Shown here piece after piece: positions 50,714 through 63,762 of a stretch of 64,000 nucleotides of DNA (positions within the stretch are counted from its first letter, which is position 1; each line of letters starts with the position of its first letter). The translations under genes and the position numbers were made by a program. Source of the stretch: Octopus vulgaris (lineage: Eukaryota); NCBI GenBank assembly GCA_951406725.2, contig OX597834.1, forward strand, positions 38,378,001 through 38,442,000, in the 5' to 3' direction. The notes under the pieces are model-generated. The model was not told the origin of the DNA. It was given only the letters and a program-made list of their open reading frames with translations, and ran no database searches.

Positions 50714-50968
50714 TGTAAACTTTTCTTCATTAGCCTTAAGGATTCGAAGATATACAGAAAACATCTACGAAACTTTCGCTTGGGGCTACAAAATGGCGCC
50801 GTAATGTGTGAAAGACAAGAGTACAAATCCGGAAGGGCGGTATGAGAAGCGTTATACAATATATGGAAAGAAGAATTAAAATATTTAATTCATATACATC
50901 CATACATTCAACATATGCACATGTACACATATGTACATACATACATGTACAAAAGTATGTAAAAGAAT

Positions 50969-51182
50969 CTTTTATCTTTTATCTTTTACTTGTTTCAGTC
51001 ATTTGACTGCGGCCATGCTGGAGCACCGCCTTTAGTCGAGCAAATCGACCCCGGGACTTATTCTTTGTAAGCCCAGTACTTATTCTATCGGTCTCTTTTT
51101 GCCGAAACGCTAAGTGACGGGGACGTAAACACACCAGCATCGGTTGTCAAGCAATGCTAGGGAGACAAACACAGACACAAAT

Positions 51183-51225
<43 letters not shown>

Positions 51226-51391
51226 TACGACAGGCTTCTTTCAGTTTCTGCCTACCAAATCCAATCACAAGGCATTGGTCGGCCCGGGGCTATAGCAGAA
51301 GACACTTGCCCAAGATGCCACACAGTGGGATTGAACCTGGAACCATGTGGTTGGTTAGCAAGCTACTTACAACACAGCCACTCCTGCGCCT
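50969..51391 (-). mobile_element. SINE family B, full length
   Basis: (CTTTTAT)n tail through the head CACAGCCACTCCTGCGCCT. Confidence 0.92.
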
Positions 51392-51851
51392 GTGTACGAT
51401 GAAATACAATAATTAAAACAGGATATAATTAGAAAACAATAAAGCATCAAAATTACGATTTAAGCTGAGTTAAAATACTCCATGACTGTCGCTGAACCAG
51501 ATCTCAAATTGTGTACCTGTATAAGTGAATGCACAGGTAAGCATTTTTTTGAAACATTAGGTGTTGAAAATTGACATCTCGGTCGTATTCTCTTTTATGT
51601 TCGATGTAACATTTAGTTTTAATTGTACCAAAAAATACCCTATGTCTTGCATGTTATTTACATTTTGAATCTTATTGTTTTTCTGTCCGTGGCACCACAC
51701 ATAACTTAAATGTTTGTTTGTTTTCGAAGAACTACAATCTTTAAGTCATCTTCGTTTTCTTTGTTAATTTTTCTGAGGAAGGATTTCATTGTCGCTTTAA
51801 AGAAATTGCTTCTTCTCATCCGTTTTCATTGTTTTAAGCTGTTTTCTTTTC

Positions 51852-51939
<88 letters not shown>

Positions 51940-52147
51940 TCTCCTTCTCTCTATCTCTCCCCCCGCTCTCTCCTTTGGTTGTGAAGTTTTTTCCTCTTGT
52001 TGCTTTCGTGCTTTTTCCTGACTGTTGTAGGTTTTCACCTGGAGTTACTTTTTCTTCCTCATCAGACCATGATGATGATGCACTACTTTCTGGTTAACTC
52101 TGTTACGAGATAAGAAGCTTGCTCATCTGTGTTTCTTATAATGTATT

Positions 52148-52215
52148 TCATTTGCTGCCACCAAGAAACTTCGGTTTTTTCTTTTTGCTGTTGGAGTTGA
52201 TTTTCATAATTTTTC

Positions 52216-52255
<40 letters not shown>

Positions 52256-52318
52256 GTCGTCGTCATCATCATCATCGTCATCATCATTATCATCATCATC
52301 ATCATCATCATCATCATT

Positions 52319-52358
<40 letters not shown>

Positions 52359-52375
52359 ACATCGTCATCATCATT

Positions 52376-52425
<50 letters not shown>

Positions 52426-52490
52426 TATTATTATTTTCATTAGCATCTTTCAATTCTGCTTCCATTTCCCGCCGAGTGTCTTCCTGACAC
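52148..52490 (-). other. Candidate exon containing poly-D/poly-N microsatellite
   Basis: Acceptor TTTCTCTGCCCTAG|G, then the frame CQEDTRREMEAELKDANE(N)n(D)n(N)nRKIMKINSNSKKKKPKFLGGSK*. Confidence 0.3.
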
Positions 52491-52852
52491 CTAGGGCAGA
52501 GAAATGTACTGTATACATTAGTACGCCATTAGAATAAACACACCAGATTGTTCATTTACAAAGTCATGTAATAGAGAAAAAGGAGGAGACAGAAAGAAAA
52601 AGGAAAAAAAAAATTTTAAATAAAAAGTAAACAAATAAAATAAAGGGCGGGGAAAGAAAATTCACAGCGACAATGCTCTTCTCAATATGCATGACGCACC
52701 AGTTAAGACAATCTTTTGCACTTCCTGTAAGGATGGTAAGCCAGGGATCATTCTCAAATAATTTTCAGTTCCTTTTTTGATCATTCCAAGTGCCCCTACA
52801 ATCACTGGTATTGTAACCGTCTTGAGATGTTACATCTTTTCGATTTCGATGA

Positions 52853-52975
52853 ACTCGCTCGCCTAGGCAGCGGGGTGGCGTCATTTGAAGGCTAAAATAA
52901 TGAAAAAGCGCATTGTGACCAGCGATGTGTATGTAACTAGATCTGATAGCCTGGTCAGTCACGTGATCACGTGAT
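52853..52975 (+). mobile_element. SINE tail type ii, 5'-truncated
   Basis: GCGGGGTGGCGTCATTTGAAGGCTAAA...GTCACGTGATCACGTGAT matches 20888-20987. Confidence 0.88.
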
Positions 52976-53002
52976 ATCTATCTATTTCTATCTATCTATC
53001 TA

Positions 53003-53036
<34 letters not shown>

Positions 53037-53038
<2 letters not shown>

Positions 53039-53650
53039 CAAAATAAGCATCATGATATCAAGAGGTGGTGCAGTACGACCGTTTCAAGCGGCTCCATTTA
53101 ATTGAACAATGCTATAATTGTATCAATTTAAATGCAGCGCTATTCTCAGCTGCATAAATAAATAGAATTTTTAATCAGTTAGACGCATTAATATAATTTT
53201 ACTCACATTCTCTAATAGAGTAAAAAGAGGGGAAAAGTCAATGTTGCTACTAATGCAACTCAGAATATACTACACTTCTTAGAACTGTATGAAGTTTGTT
53301 AGGGTCATAGCTTGTAAAGGATTGTGGTTCATTTTTAATTTATTAGTCTTTTATCAACTACCAAATGTAAGTCTAGAGGACAGTGTCTATTTAGAATGGA
53401 TAGACAGAGTAAGTTGGCAGTTTATAGTTGGGTATGACCATACCCAACTATAAACTGTCAACATAGAGGACGGATAAATTTAAATATTTGTGTCTGTCAG
53501 TTTTTTGTAAAATATGTCTGTTGTGACTGTGGAGTTCTGTATTTTTATGTGGATATCCAGGAATGGTAGTTCATTACAACTGAATTCTTTCGTGAATTTG
53601 ATGGACGGGTGAAGTGTGTTCAGTATATTATTAAATATATACTGAACACA
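53037..53650 (-). mobile_element. Internally deleted Penelope-like element (RT fragment and pLTR)
   Basis: LNTLHPSIKFTKE..NELPFLDI.IK....TTDIFYK.TD is homologous to the 22.3 kb ORF. The 3' end abuts (TA)n and carries a hammerhead-like fold. Confidence 0.75.
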
Positions 53651-54299
53651 CATGGAAGAAAACGTATTGAATATGGACATACCACTGATGAATGGGAAAG
53701 AAACCTCGAGCATTCGATTTGTAAACCAATAATTTAACGATTTAAACTACTGCATTTTCCACGCTTTCTTTTCACCGCCTTCTAAATGCTCTTGCATAAC
53801 TCTTTTCTATTTCCTCGTATCTCTTTAATATTTACCGGGTTTTGAAATATAATAGCCAAAGCATGTCAATATTTCCATAAAAATTTATGTATCTGCCACA
53901 AATTGCTGCCAACGTCATGTGTGGTTAACTGTACGAACTGATGACAAAGTCGTTCGACGTTAATAGGAGAAAATTTGACATTAATAGAAGAGATGTCCAG
54001 TTTCTTAACCAGTAAATTAAGGTAAAGTATTACTGAGGAATTTATGATTCATAAACAGAAAGTTATGAACAGCAAATAACAAATTGAAAAACAGTATGTT
54101 TCAGATGAATAATATAATTTAGCGGTTTAATAACTTGGATTTGTAGGTTTTCAGATTCATCTTTCTAACCGAAATATCATTCTGTCTTCGGCTTTCACCA
54201 ATACCGTTGTCATTATTACGGCAAATTACAAGACTCTATGATACAAACACAAATAGCATAATCCCAACGGAAATAGTATTGATTGTAATGTTTATATAT

Positions 54300-54430
54300 G
54301 TAAATGGTATCAGGCTATATACATACATGTGTATATATATATATATATGTATATATGTTAATAATAATATGGAGTATGGAGATTTGCACATCCACTATTT
54401 TTATTTTACAGTTATATACAGCAGATTACA

Positions 54431-54467
<37 letters not shown>

Positions 54468-54529
54468 TATATGTATGTATGTATATATATATATGTATGT
54501 ATGTATATATATGTATATGTATATATATG

Positions 54530-54562
<33 letters not shown>

Positions 54563-54657
54563 TCATCCATGCATACACTCATACATACATACATACATAC
54601 ATACATACACACTTCCCCCATATATATGTATATATATGTATATATATATGTATATGT

Positions 54658-54726
<69 letters not shown>

Positions 54727-54770
54727 GTATGTATGCATGCATGCATGTATGTATGTATGTATGTATGTGT
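54300..54770. repeat. (TA)n/(TATG)n microsatellite region
   Basis: Directly visible. Confidence 0.9.
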
Positions 54771-55144
54771 CAGGTAGAGAGATGGAGAAGAAAGAATGAG
54801 TAAGAGAGATGTATAATGGTCGAATGACTTTGCAAGTCTTCCTTCAAGAGTGCTAGCATATTTGTGACGTCATTAATTTTCTTTTATGAGAATTTATCCT
54901 ATAATTAGACTTTTATATAATACAAGAAATAAAATCACCCTAAGCCTGAAATAGTTCAAGTAAACTCGTGTTTCAATGGATGTGAGATACTCGTACATTA
55001 TGGTAGAATATAATACTTAGAATTACAATTGGAATTAATAACTTTGGAATTAATCTAATAGTTCAAAACACAGTCGTTATATTATACAATTTTTGAGTGT
55101 TATATAGTTAATTACTTAATCTGAGAGATAGAATATTGTAGAAT

Positions 55145-55309
55145 ATTTGTTTCAAATTTTTCACAAGTCTAACAATTTCGGAGAAGGCGTTAAGTCGATT
55201 GCATCGACGCCAAAAGGATGCGAGGCATTTGAAATCAGAACGTAAAGACGGACGAAATGCCGCTAGGCATTTTTATCGGCGTGCTAACGTTTCTGCCAGC
55301 TCACCGCCT
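55145..55309 (-). mobile_element. SINE family A with an internal deletion
   Basis: GGCGTGCTAACGTTTCTGCCAGCTCACCGCCT. Confidence 0.8.
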
Positions 55310-55329
55310 CAATACTATAGAATATTAAG

Positions 55330-56125
55330 TCCCGCTTGCTTATGTTTGTATTTGTATTGTCCAAAAAACTTAGCAACTTTCTCTGTGGCTTCAGAAATGG
55401 AACACATGTCTTCGCCTCTCGTCTCTTTGTTACATCATTGCTTTCAAGCCTACAAATGACTTTGCAAGGTGCCTCGCAAACCCATGCCCCTCCAGCAGTG
55501 TATTTCATTTACATAATATCGAGACTGCCAGCCTCCCCTTCAACACTGTTTCAGCAGCTCCTGATATTTGAGAAGCTTACCCTCATTTGATTCCCTTCAT
55601 GTGCTCTTTTTATGATATAGTCAGTTCCTACATGATCTTCTGTTTAGTGGAATCTGAGAATGTCATCATGTCTCGGCGGAATCCTATTTGTATGATCTGA
55701 TCAAGGAACTTTAGTTGTTTTGCATCAGAGGTTCTCATGCATGACTTTAACAGGTCCTTCGTGACCAGTGAGTTTGATTACGCTAAGGTTCCACTTAAAC
55801 TAGCGGTTCTCCATCGAGGTCCATATGACCCTTATAAGATCCATATAAGATTCTGTTAATAAAGTTTATGTGCAATAAACTGGTTCTACTTCTACAATAC
55901 ACGAAATATTTTTGCAATTTTTTAAATACAATTCCTAATATTTAATCATAAAAATTTAACACGATTTTTTAAATCGTCGAATCGCTCTGAAGGTCCATCC
56001 GAGTAAAATAGGAATCAAAAGGGGTCCCTAGACAAAATATGGTTTTGTGGAATCTGAGAGTATCGTTATGTCTAGGCGGAGTGTTGTTTGTATGATCTGG
56101 TCAAGGAACTTTAGATGTTTTACAG
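55330..56125 (-). mobile_element. Possible decayed LTR-retrotransposon pol remnant with a hAT MITE (55801-56045) inside
   Basis: Weak KFLDQII and AWVCE..VGL remnants. A direct repeat of about 75 bp (55647-55721, 56047-56121) brackets the truncated MITE. Confidence 0.3.
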
Positions 56126-57212
56126 GACCTTCACTCAGCTGTCAATTTGGGGCAAAGGAAAGTAAGAACGTAGTTGTCAAACTTATTCAATTTTTCCTCT
56201 CCCCAGCTTTGAGAGAAAGGGATGCTCTCCTTTCTCATATGTTGTTAGCCAGAGTGAACGGCTCTGGTGACTGCTTCTGCAACCGCTAAAATCGCTAACG
56301 AGTAACGTTGAATTCACATTAAAAATATACATTAACACGGTCGAGACACGATGAAGACATGAATACTTCAAATTTAAAGCAGCAAATCATGAAAAAGAGA
56401 CAAGTACACTCGAAACATTGCTTTTCACAAAATACTGGACATTAGTTCCACTTACTGGTTGACACAATAGAAAGATAAATCAAAATCACTGGTTGTAAAC
56501 AAGAAGAAATGAAGAAATACCAAAATTAAACTATAATCATGTTTTCAATTTCTCCTCCAATTCCCTGTATGTGTCTGTCCTTTTCTCTCTAACACACACA
56601 CTCATGCAGACACACCAATATAAGTGTGTGTCTGTGCCTGTTTATGTACGTATGTATATGTACATATATACATACATAAATATAAATATATCTATGAGTA
56701 CATATATATATATATATATATATATAACACCCACAGGCACGTACATACACAGCAGTATATACATACACATACAGCAGTAAAGACAGTGTAAAGCAGTCGG
56801 GTGAAATGACTTAACACAATCTGTGTGTGTTAACAGTAAAATCACTACATCATATTCCTGTCTAGACACCTTCAAAGATCTTCTGCTATTGATCAAAGTT
56901 AATCGATATTTATTATTACCACCACACTCTATGTTTCACCCAGTTTCTCCTTGTTTTTATTTATTATTCTCTTTTTTCCTTTTTAGATCTATTTCTTTCT
57001 TTTTCATTATTATTTTTTTTATTATCTTTTTATATATTTTTTGTTTTGTTGTGTCTCTCTCGTTAGATTACGTGAACTTCCCTTCTTAGCTCCGGAGACA
57101 GATTCTACGTATAGCAAACTCACACACACATACATATATGCATACATACATACATACATACATACATACATACATACATACATACAGACTTATGTACATA
57201 CATACAGACAAC

Positions 57213-57262
<50 letters not shown>

Positions 57263-57447
57263 GTATGTATATAGAACTGTACGTATGTATATAAATATGT
57301 TTGTGCGTGTATATATATGTGTATAAATATGCGTCTGTATATGTATATATTTATTCGTATGTCTGTATATATCAGTGTATTATGTATATTACATATGCAC
57401 ACGCATAATCATAAATATTTGTGCGAATATATATATGCACATGTACG

Positions 57448-57528
<81 letters not shown>

Positions 57529-58030
57529 GTATATACATACATAAATACATATGTACATACTTGCATGCATACATACATACAAACAAACAAACATACAAAC
57601 AAACATACATACATACATACATACATACATACATACATACATACATACATACATACATTCCTAGCAACATACTATGATCATGGGAAATCTTTCCGATATT
57701 TTTTCTCTTCATTTTTTGTAAAGAAAATCACACGATTAATATTTGACCAGACTATCTACACATTAGCTACACTTGACCTACTCTACATACGAACACACAC
57801 GCACACACACACATACACACACACACACTCACACACACGTACACGCACACATGTAAACATTAAGCACTTAACTCTCACACATACACATCATGCACACATC
57901 ACACCCGCATAACACACACATATGTCACACGCATCAGGCGCTCATCACACATTTCACATACATACACACTCCTCTTTCTCTCTCTCTCTCTTCCATGGCC
58001 TTTCTTTCTTTCTTTCTTTCTCTCTCCTTC

Positions 58031-58087
<57 letters not shown>

Positions 58088-59030
58088 CACACACACACAC
58101 ACGCAGATACACATCATGCACTCATCACACGCATACGTCACGCACATTACAAACATGTCACACACATCAGGCGCTCATCTCTGTCTGCCTCCCTCCGTGT
58201 CTGTCTGTCTGTTTCTCTCTCTTTCTCTCTTTCCTTCTCTGTCTCTCTCTCTCTCTCTCTCACTCTCTCTCTCTTTCACATTCATTTTGTAACTATCACA
58301 CTACTTCACCTTTTCATTGTATATGTGTCTTCATCTCCTCTCACTCCCTCTCCGTCCCCCTCTCTCTGTCTTCCTCTCTGTCCCCCTCGGTATCCTCCTC
58401 CAATCTTTCTAATGATCGGTTTCTTTTTTAGTCGGTCACTCTCTAACTTTTCTATCAGTGTACGTCTATATCTATTTGTCTGTAAGTCTGTCCGACTGAC
58501 TGACTATTACCACGTGGTTATCTCTCACTCTCCTTATCTACATAAATTACCTTAAATTTAACTACGCATACACACATACACAAAACAAACACTTACGCAC
58601 ATACACATATATCTACAGACACAATTTTCTCTCCTCGTTTCTAACATCCTTGAACTCCGAATCCCACATTTCCCGCCTTACTAACACACAAACCACACGT
58701 CCTATTCCTCTCACAGAACATATCTTACGATCCTTTATCTAAAATCTTCTTTGCTATCTAGGCTACGCTCTCTCTTGAAGTAAACTTCACTTCGAGAGGT
58801 GGTGTCTGTGCATATGAAGATTCCACTTTTTCAGCCACGGACCTCTCTCACCTGGATATCAAAAACAACCGATTAGAGTGACTTAAGGTCACTCTTCTTC
58901 AAACTCAACCACCGGCCAACAACTTCTCAACCATATCTCTTCATGCATCGAGGATATATACCTCATTTCTGCATATCCTCAATTCAACAATAACTACAAT
59001 GCTATCACATTATCATTATTTACATTCATT

Positions 59031-59414
59031 GTGGAGGCGCAATGGCCCAGTGGTTAGGGCAGCGGACTCGCGGTCATAGTATCGTCGTTTCGATTCCCAG
59101 ACCGGGCGTTGTGAGTGTTTATTGAGCGAAAACACCTAAAAGCTCCACGAGGCTCCGGCAGGGATGGTGGTGATCCCTGCTGTACTCTTTCACCACAACT
59201 CTCTCTCACTCTTACTTCCTGTTTCTGTTGTACCTATATTTCAAAGGACCGGCCTTGTCACTCTCTGTGTCACGCTGAATATCCCCGTTAAGGGTACACG
59301 TGTCTGTGGAGTGCTCAGCCACTTACACGTTAATTTCACGAGCAGGCTGTTCCGTTGATTCGGATCAACCGGAACCCTCGTCGTCGTAACCGACGGAGTG
59401 CTTCCATCCCATCC
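59031..59414 (+). mobile_element. tRNA-derived SINE family C with tail type i, full length
   Basis: A/B-box-like head and an exact 13-bp TSD ATTTACATTCATT (59018-59030, 59415-59427). Confidence 0.95.
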
Positions 59415-59644
59415 ATTTACATTCATTATCATTACCATTAAGTTGACCTCGGCGCTTGACTGGTACTTTATTTATTATCTACCATGGAAGAATAAATGGG
59501 GAAAAGTTGAAATCGTCGAGCATTGAACTCGGAAAGTAAGGAGTCATAATTAAACACCAAAAGACATTCAGGATATCCTTTTGTCAAATCTGTAAGCTTT
59601 CCATCAGAAATATCACATTATCAGTATTTTTTCTCTAAATCACT

Positions 59645-59881
59645 TATTTCTTTATTACCCACAAGGGGCTAAACATAGAGGGGAGAAACAAGGACAGACA
59701 AAGGGATCAAGTCGATTACATCGACCCCAGTGTGTAACTGGTACTTAATTTATCGACCCCCGAAAGGATGAAAGGCTAAGTCGACCTCGGCGGAATTTGA
59801 ACTCAGAACTTAACGGGAGACGAAATACCGCTAAGCATTTCGCCCGGCGTGCTAACGTTTCTGCCAGCTCGCCGCCTTATC
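59645..59881 (-). mobile_element. SINE family A, full length
   Basis: 14-bp TSD TTCTCTAAATCACT (59631-59644, 59882-59895). Confidence 0.93.
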
Positions 59882-60084
59882 TTCTCTAAATCACTGTCTG
59901 TGCCATGACATCAAACTACGAACACGCCGGCACACACACGCATACACAAGCCCCACAGAAATTAGCAATATATCCGGTTCCTATGTTTTAAAGCATTGCA
60001 GTAACAATATATTTTCTTCACTGCCACACCACTATCTCTGAGCATTCGACTACGAATCAATATTAACTCGGTCACCATTGGCAC

Positions 60085-60600
60085 CCAGAAGTCAACTTTA
60101 TAACAAACTTTAACTGCACTTCACTATCTTACCACTATCTTACTGCAGTCGACTTCAAAAGCAAGCATTGACTATCCTTCACTACCACACCTCAATCTTA
60201 TAAAGTCAGCCTCACAACCATATATTAAACCAGTCTTCACTAGTCCATTACTGCCTCATGTCAGTTAACCTCACAACATTGGTTTCAATTTTGGCACAAG
60301 GCCAGCAATTTCGAGGTTGTGAGTAAGTCGAGTACATCAATCCCAGTGTTCAATAGGTACTTATTTTATCGACTCAGAAGGAATGTAAGGCAAAGTCGAC
60401 CTCAACGAGTCAACCTCACAAAATTAACGACTCTTTACCAACCCACTACTCTCACATATTAATCAACACTCACTACCCAGTCGATTTCACAATCGCCACT
60501 AACTCTCCATCTTTACCTCACTACTGACTCACGACAGTCAACCTCGAAACCACACAATAACCACCCTTCATGATCCTACAACAGTCTCACAATAGTCCTA
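60085..60600. repeat. Degenerate minisatellite of about 57-bp period, split by a SINE A fragment (60280-60405)
   Basis: Core (C/A)AGTCAACCTCACAA variants at about 60090, 60147, 60204, 60262, 60408, 60478 and 60535. Confidence 0.55.
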
Positions 60601-61209
60601 AACCAGCACATTGACCACTATTCTTTTTCTTTCATTGTGCCGACATTCATATAGCTATTACAACTACAATAATAGCCGTAATTAGAGCCAGCTAACATTG
60701 TAATGCCAAAATGGACAACCATGCACATACTCTTCATCTTCCTCCATATTCTTTACCGTTTCCTTGTGAATCTTGGGAAATGTACATCTTTTACTCACCG
60801 AATACGACAAGGCTCATTAGCTTGATTTTGAAGATTCAAAAGTTTGTAGCATATTTGGTACTCTAAAAATATATCCAGCCAGATACACACAACACAAACT
60901 CACACACTCATAGAAAATGGGATGGTCATAGTTGGAATACCTTTACTTATACTGGCATTCCGTCAGTTGCGACGGCGAGGGTGCCAGTTAATCCGGTATA
61001 ATGCATATACATTACATATATAATGCATACTTATATTCCGTCCACTTCGTGACGAAGGCCTCAGCATATTCTCTCTACCAACCACGGCTCAAGGTGGATG
61101 CTTCGAATGTGAGCTTGAGATCATTACTGGTTTGTTGTGCCTACTCTGCTACACTGGTTTGACATGGTTTGGCAGACGGATGCAGTTTTTGTACTCTAAA
61201 CCAGGAGTA

Positions 61210-61375
61210 GTTAAGTCGATTACATTAATTCCAGTGCTCAACTGGTACTTATTTTATCGACCCCGAAGGATGAAAAGTTGACCTCAGTGGAATTTGAACT
61301 CAGAATGTAATAACGGACGAAATACTGCTAAGCATTTCACCCGACGTGCTAACGATTCTGCCAGCTCGGCACCTT
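61210..61375 (-). mobile_element. SINE family A
   Basis: CTGGTACTTATTTTATCGACCCCGAAGGATG...CTGCCAGCTCGGCACCTT. Confidence 0.85.
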
Positions 61376-62749
61376 ATATATATATATTTCATATAGAATG
61401 CAAAAAACACCCTTCAATCTGCAATAATTAATAGAATAGAAATAAAATAAAAAATTTCTTTCCGTACGGCCCGGTATCAAATGATTCACAGCCCAGTGAC
61501 CGGGGACACCTGCTTAAAAAGACATCAAAAGTGTCCTTCAGGACGTTATTCAAAGTGACTTTTATAAGACGTTAAGGAGTACTATTTCTAGCACGTCGAG
61601 TGACTATGTACAGGCTCCTTTGTTTATTCATTGCAACGTAGTTATTATTGTGAAGTTCAAATGTAGCTCTGTGGACAGCGGTAACAATTCTATATTGATA
61701 TATGTTTCACTTGCTTGTAATGTTGGACAGAAATCCTATGACAGGTTTTCTTGCTGGAAGAAAAGATGTGCTCCACTAGTCTGACCGCCCTACATATAAC
61801 AACATAGTGTCAAGGTTTTCGAGTGACACCTCTACGACCCAATAATTTATATAACTCACTTTACATTCTCTGGTTGACAGAACATCTTTTCACTTGGCTG
61901 CATTTCGCTTGAATCGAAACACACACACTCAACTTCAAACGACTTCCTTCAAGCTATTAAACTAAAAATGGAAAGGAAAAAAATAGAATACTTTTATTTC
62001 TTTAGTAAATTGCCTGGGAGGTATTACAGCCTTTTATTTTTATCCTATTCAAGATTGAAATGGCTTTGTAGATTGCTTCACTGACGTCAAAAAACTTCCG
62101 TTCATTAATCCAGTCGATTTTAAAATTGAAAAGTGAAGATATTGTTGAAAATGTCATATTTTTATGTCAATTTTCTCAATATTGTTTTTATTTTTTTATG
62201 TTTTGCTAAGAAGAGTGATAAAGAGTTCATTTATGAAACCTCCAAACTCTCAGAGGTCAGTATGACATGACAAAATGCAGCAGCAGATCTCTGTCGTACG
62301 AAAATATTGGGGAAGATATAAGATGAAGCAAGAGAGAGGAAGATGGGAAAATAATACACACACACACGAGTCTGTCAAAATTAATCACCTTTTTATGTAT
62401 GTATGTATGCATGTAAGTATGCATTCATGTATGTATGCGTGTTCTCTTCTCTTTTTAATTACGTAAATTATTCCACCGAGAAAGGAACTGGTTTCTACCA
62501 AAAATACAAAGCTCCATCCTTGGAATGTAGATAACGAAAACAATGTCACATTTCAAACACGAGAAAAGTCTTGCGCACTTTTGTTGTTCCGCTTACAGAT
62601 TGCATTTGTAATATGCGAGTCAGTTGGTTGATTTCCTTTTCTGAAAATCGAAGTTTATCCAATGTATGTATGTATGTATGTATGTATGGATGGATGGATG
62701 TGTGTGTAAACACACAGACGCACAACATATACACTTTTTCTCTCTCCCT

Positions 62750-62908
62750 CGCACACATGCCCCCACACGCACTCCACATGCCCCCCACACGTACCCCCAC
62801 ACAGACACCCCCCATATACACACCCCACATGCCCCACACACACGCCCCCACTACCACCACACACACAGCCCCCCCCATGCCCCACACATACACCCCCACG
62901 CCCCCCAA
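62750..62908. repeat. Imperfect C/A-rich repeat (CACATGCCCC-like); G-rich on the minus strand
   Basis: About ten C4-C7 runs separated by CA spacers. Confidence 0.8.
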
Positions 62909-63355
62909 TACGGGATCGATAAAATAAGTACTAGTTGAGGACTGACTTTCATGTAATCATAACTGCTGGCCTTGTGCCAAAACTTGAAACCTGTTGTAAC
63001 TTGCATGATAAAGACAAAACTGAGTAAACGGAAATAACTCGGAGTGGTCAGTGACAAAAATTTCGTTAACAAAGACAGGCGCGCGCACACACATGCACAC
63101 AGAGGTTTATGTATGTGTGTGTGTGTGTATAATATGCGTGTATGTATGTGTATATATATAGTATTGTATTTACTCATGTATAACTTACCCTCCCCACCAA
63201 TTTAGTGTTACCTCTAGGTTACCAACCTTTTGCATTTATATTTAAACTTGATATCAGCTTTACTCCGTGCATAAGTCGGATCCAAGCTTTCTTCTGTTAA
63301 AATCAAGTCTAGAATAGTGCAATTTATACACTAGTAAAACAGTACACACACTCAC

Positions 63356-63387
<32 letters not shown>

Positions 63388-63388
<1 letters not shown>

Positions 63389-63762
63389 GGGGTGGCTGTG
63401 TGATTAGAAGCTTGCTTCCCAACCACTCGGGGTTCAGTCCCACTGCGGGGCACCTTGGACAAGTGACTTCTACTGTAGCCTCGCATCGACCAAAGCATTG
63501 TGAGTTGATTTGGTAGATGGAAAATGAAAGAAGCCCGTCGTATATATGTATGTTTGTGTGTCCCCCACCATTGCTTGACAACCGATGTTGGTGCTTTTAC
63601 GTCCCCGCAACTTAGCAGAATAAGTTCTAGGCTTAAAAAGAATAAGTTCGAGGCTTAAAAAGAATAAGTCCTGGGGTCGATTTATTCGACTAAAACGCGG
63701 TACTCCACCATGGGCGCAGTCAAATACCTGAAATAAGTAAAAGAGTAACAAAAGAGGAAAAG
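63388..63762 (+). mobile_element. SINE family B
   Basis: GTGGCTGTGTGATTAGAAGCTTGCTTCCCAACC head; internal duplication AGAATAAGTTC..GGCTTAAAA. Confidence 0.88.

Noticed and set aside
51480-51542. Plus-strand mini-ORF ending in a consensus donor CAG|GTAAGC
   Set aside because: There is no linked acceptor or partner exon, and such sites are expected by chance in 64 kb.
1743-58555. Dozens of 60-240 aa ORFs ([12 protein letters not shown], poly-L/I/S/N/K)
   Set aside because: They are translations of di-, tri- and tetranucleotide microsatellites that lack stop codons; there is no coding evidence.
58640-58990. Possible APE endonuclease remnant (RGGVCAY)
   Set aside because: It is too decayed to support as a feature without a profile search.
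59031-59110. tRNA-like sequences at SINE heads (also 20683 and 42030)
   Set aside because: They continue into SINE bodies, with TSDs at 59031 and 42030, and have imperfect cloverleafs, so they are not tRNA genes.
60085-60600. CRISPR-like repeat/spacer pattern (also the 29.6-30.2 kb triplication)
   Set aside because: The context is eukaryotic, the repeats are degenerate or whole-unit duplications, and there are no cas genes.
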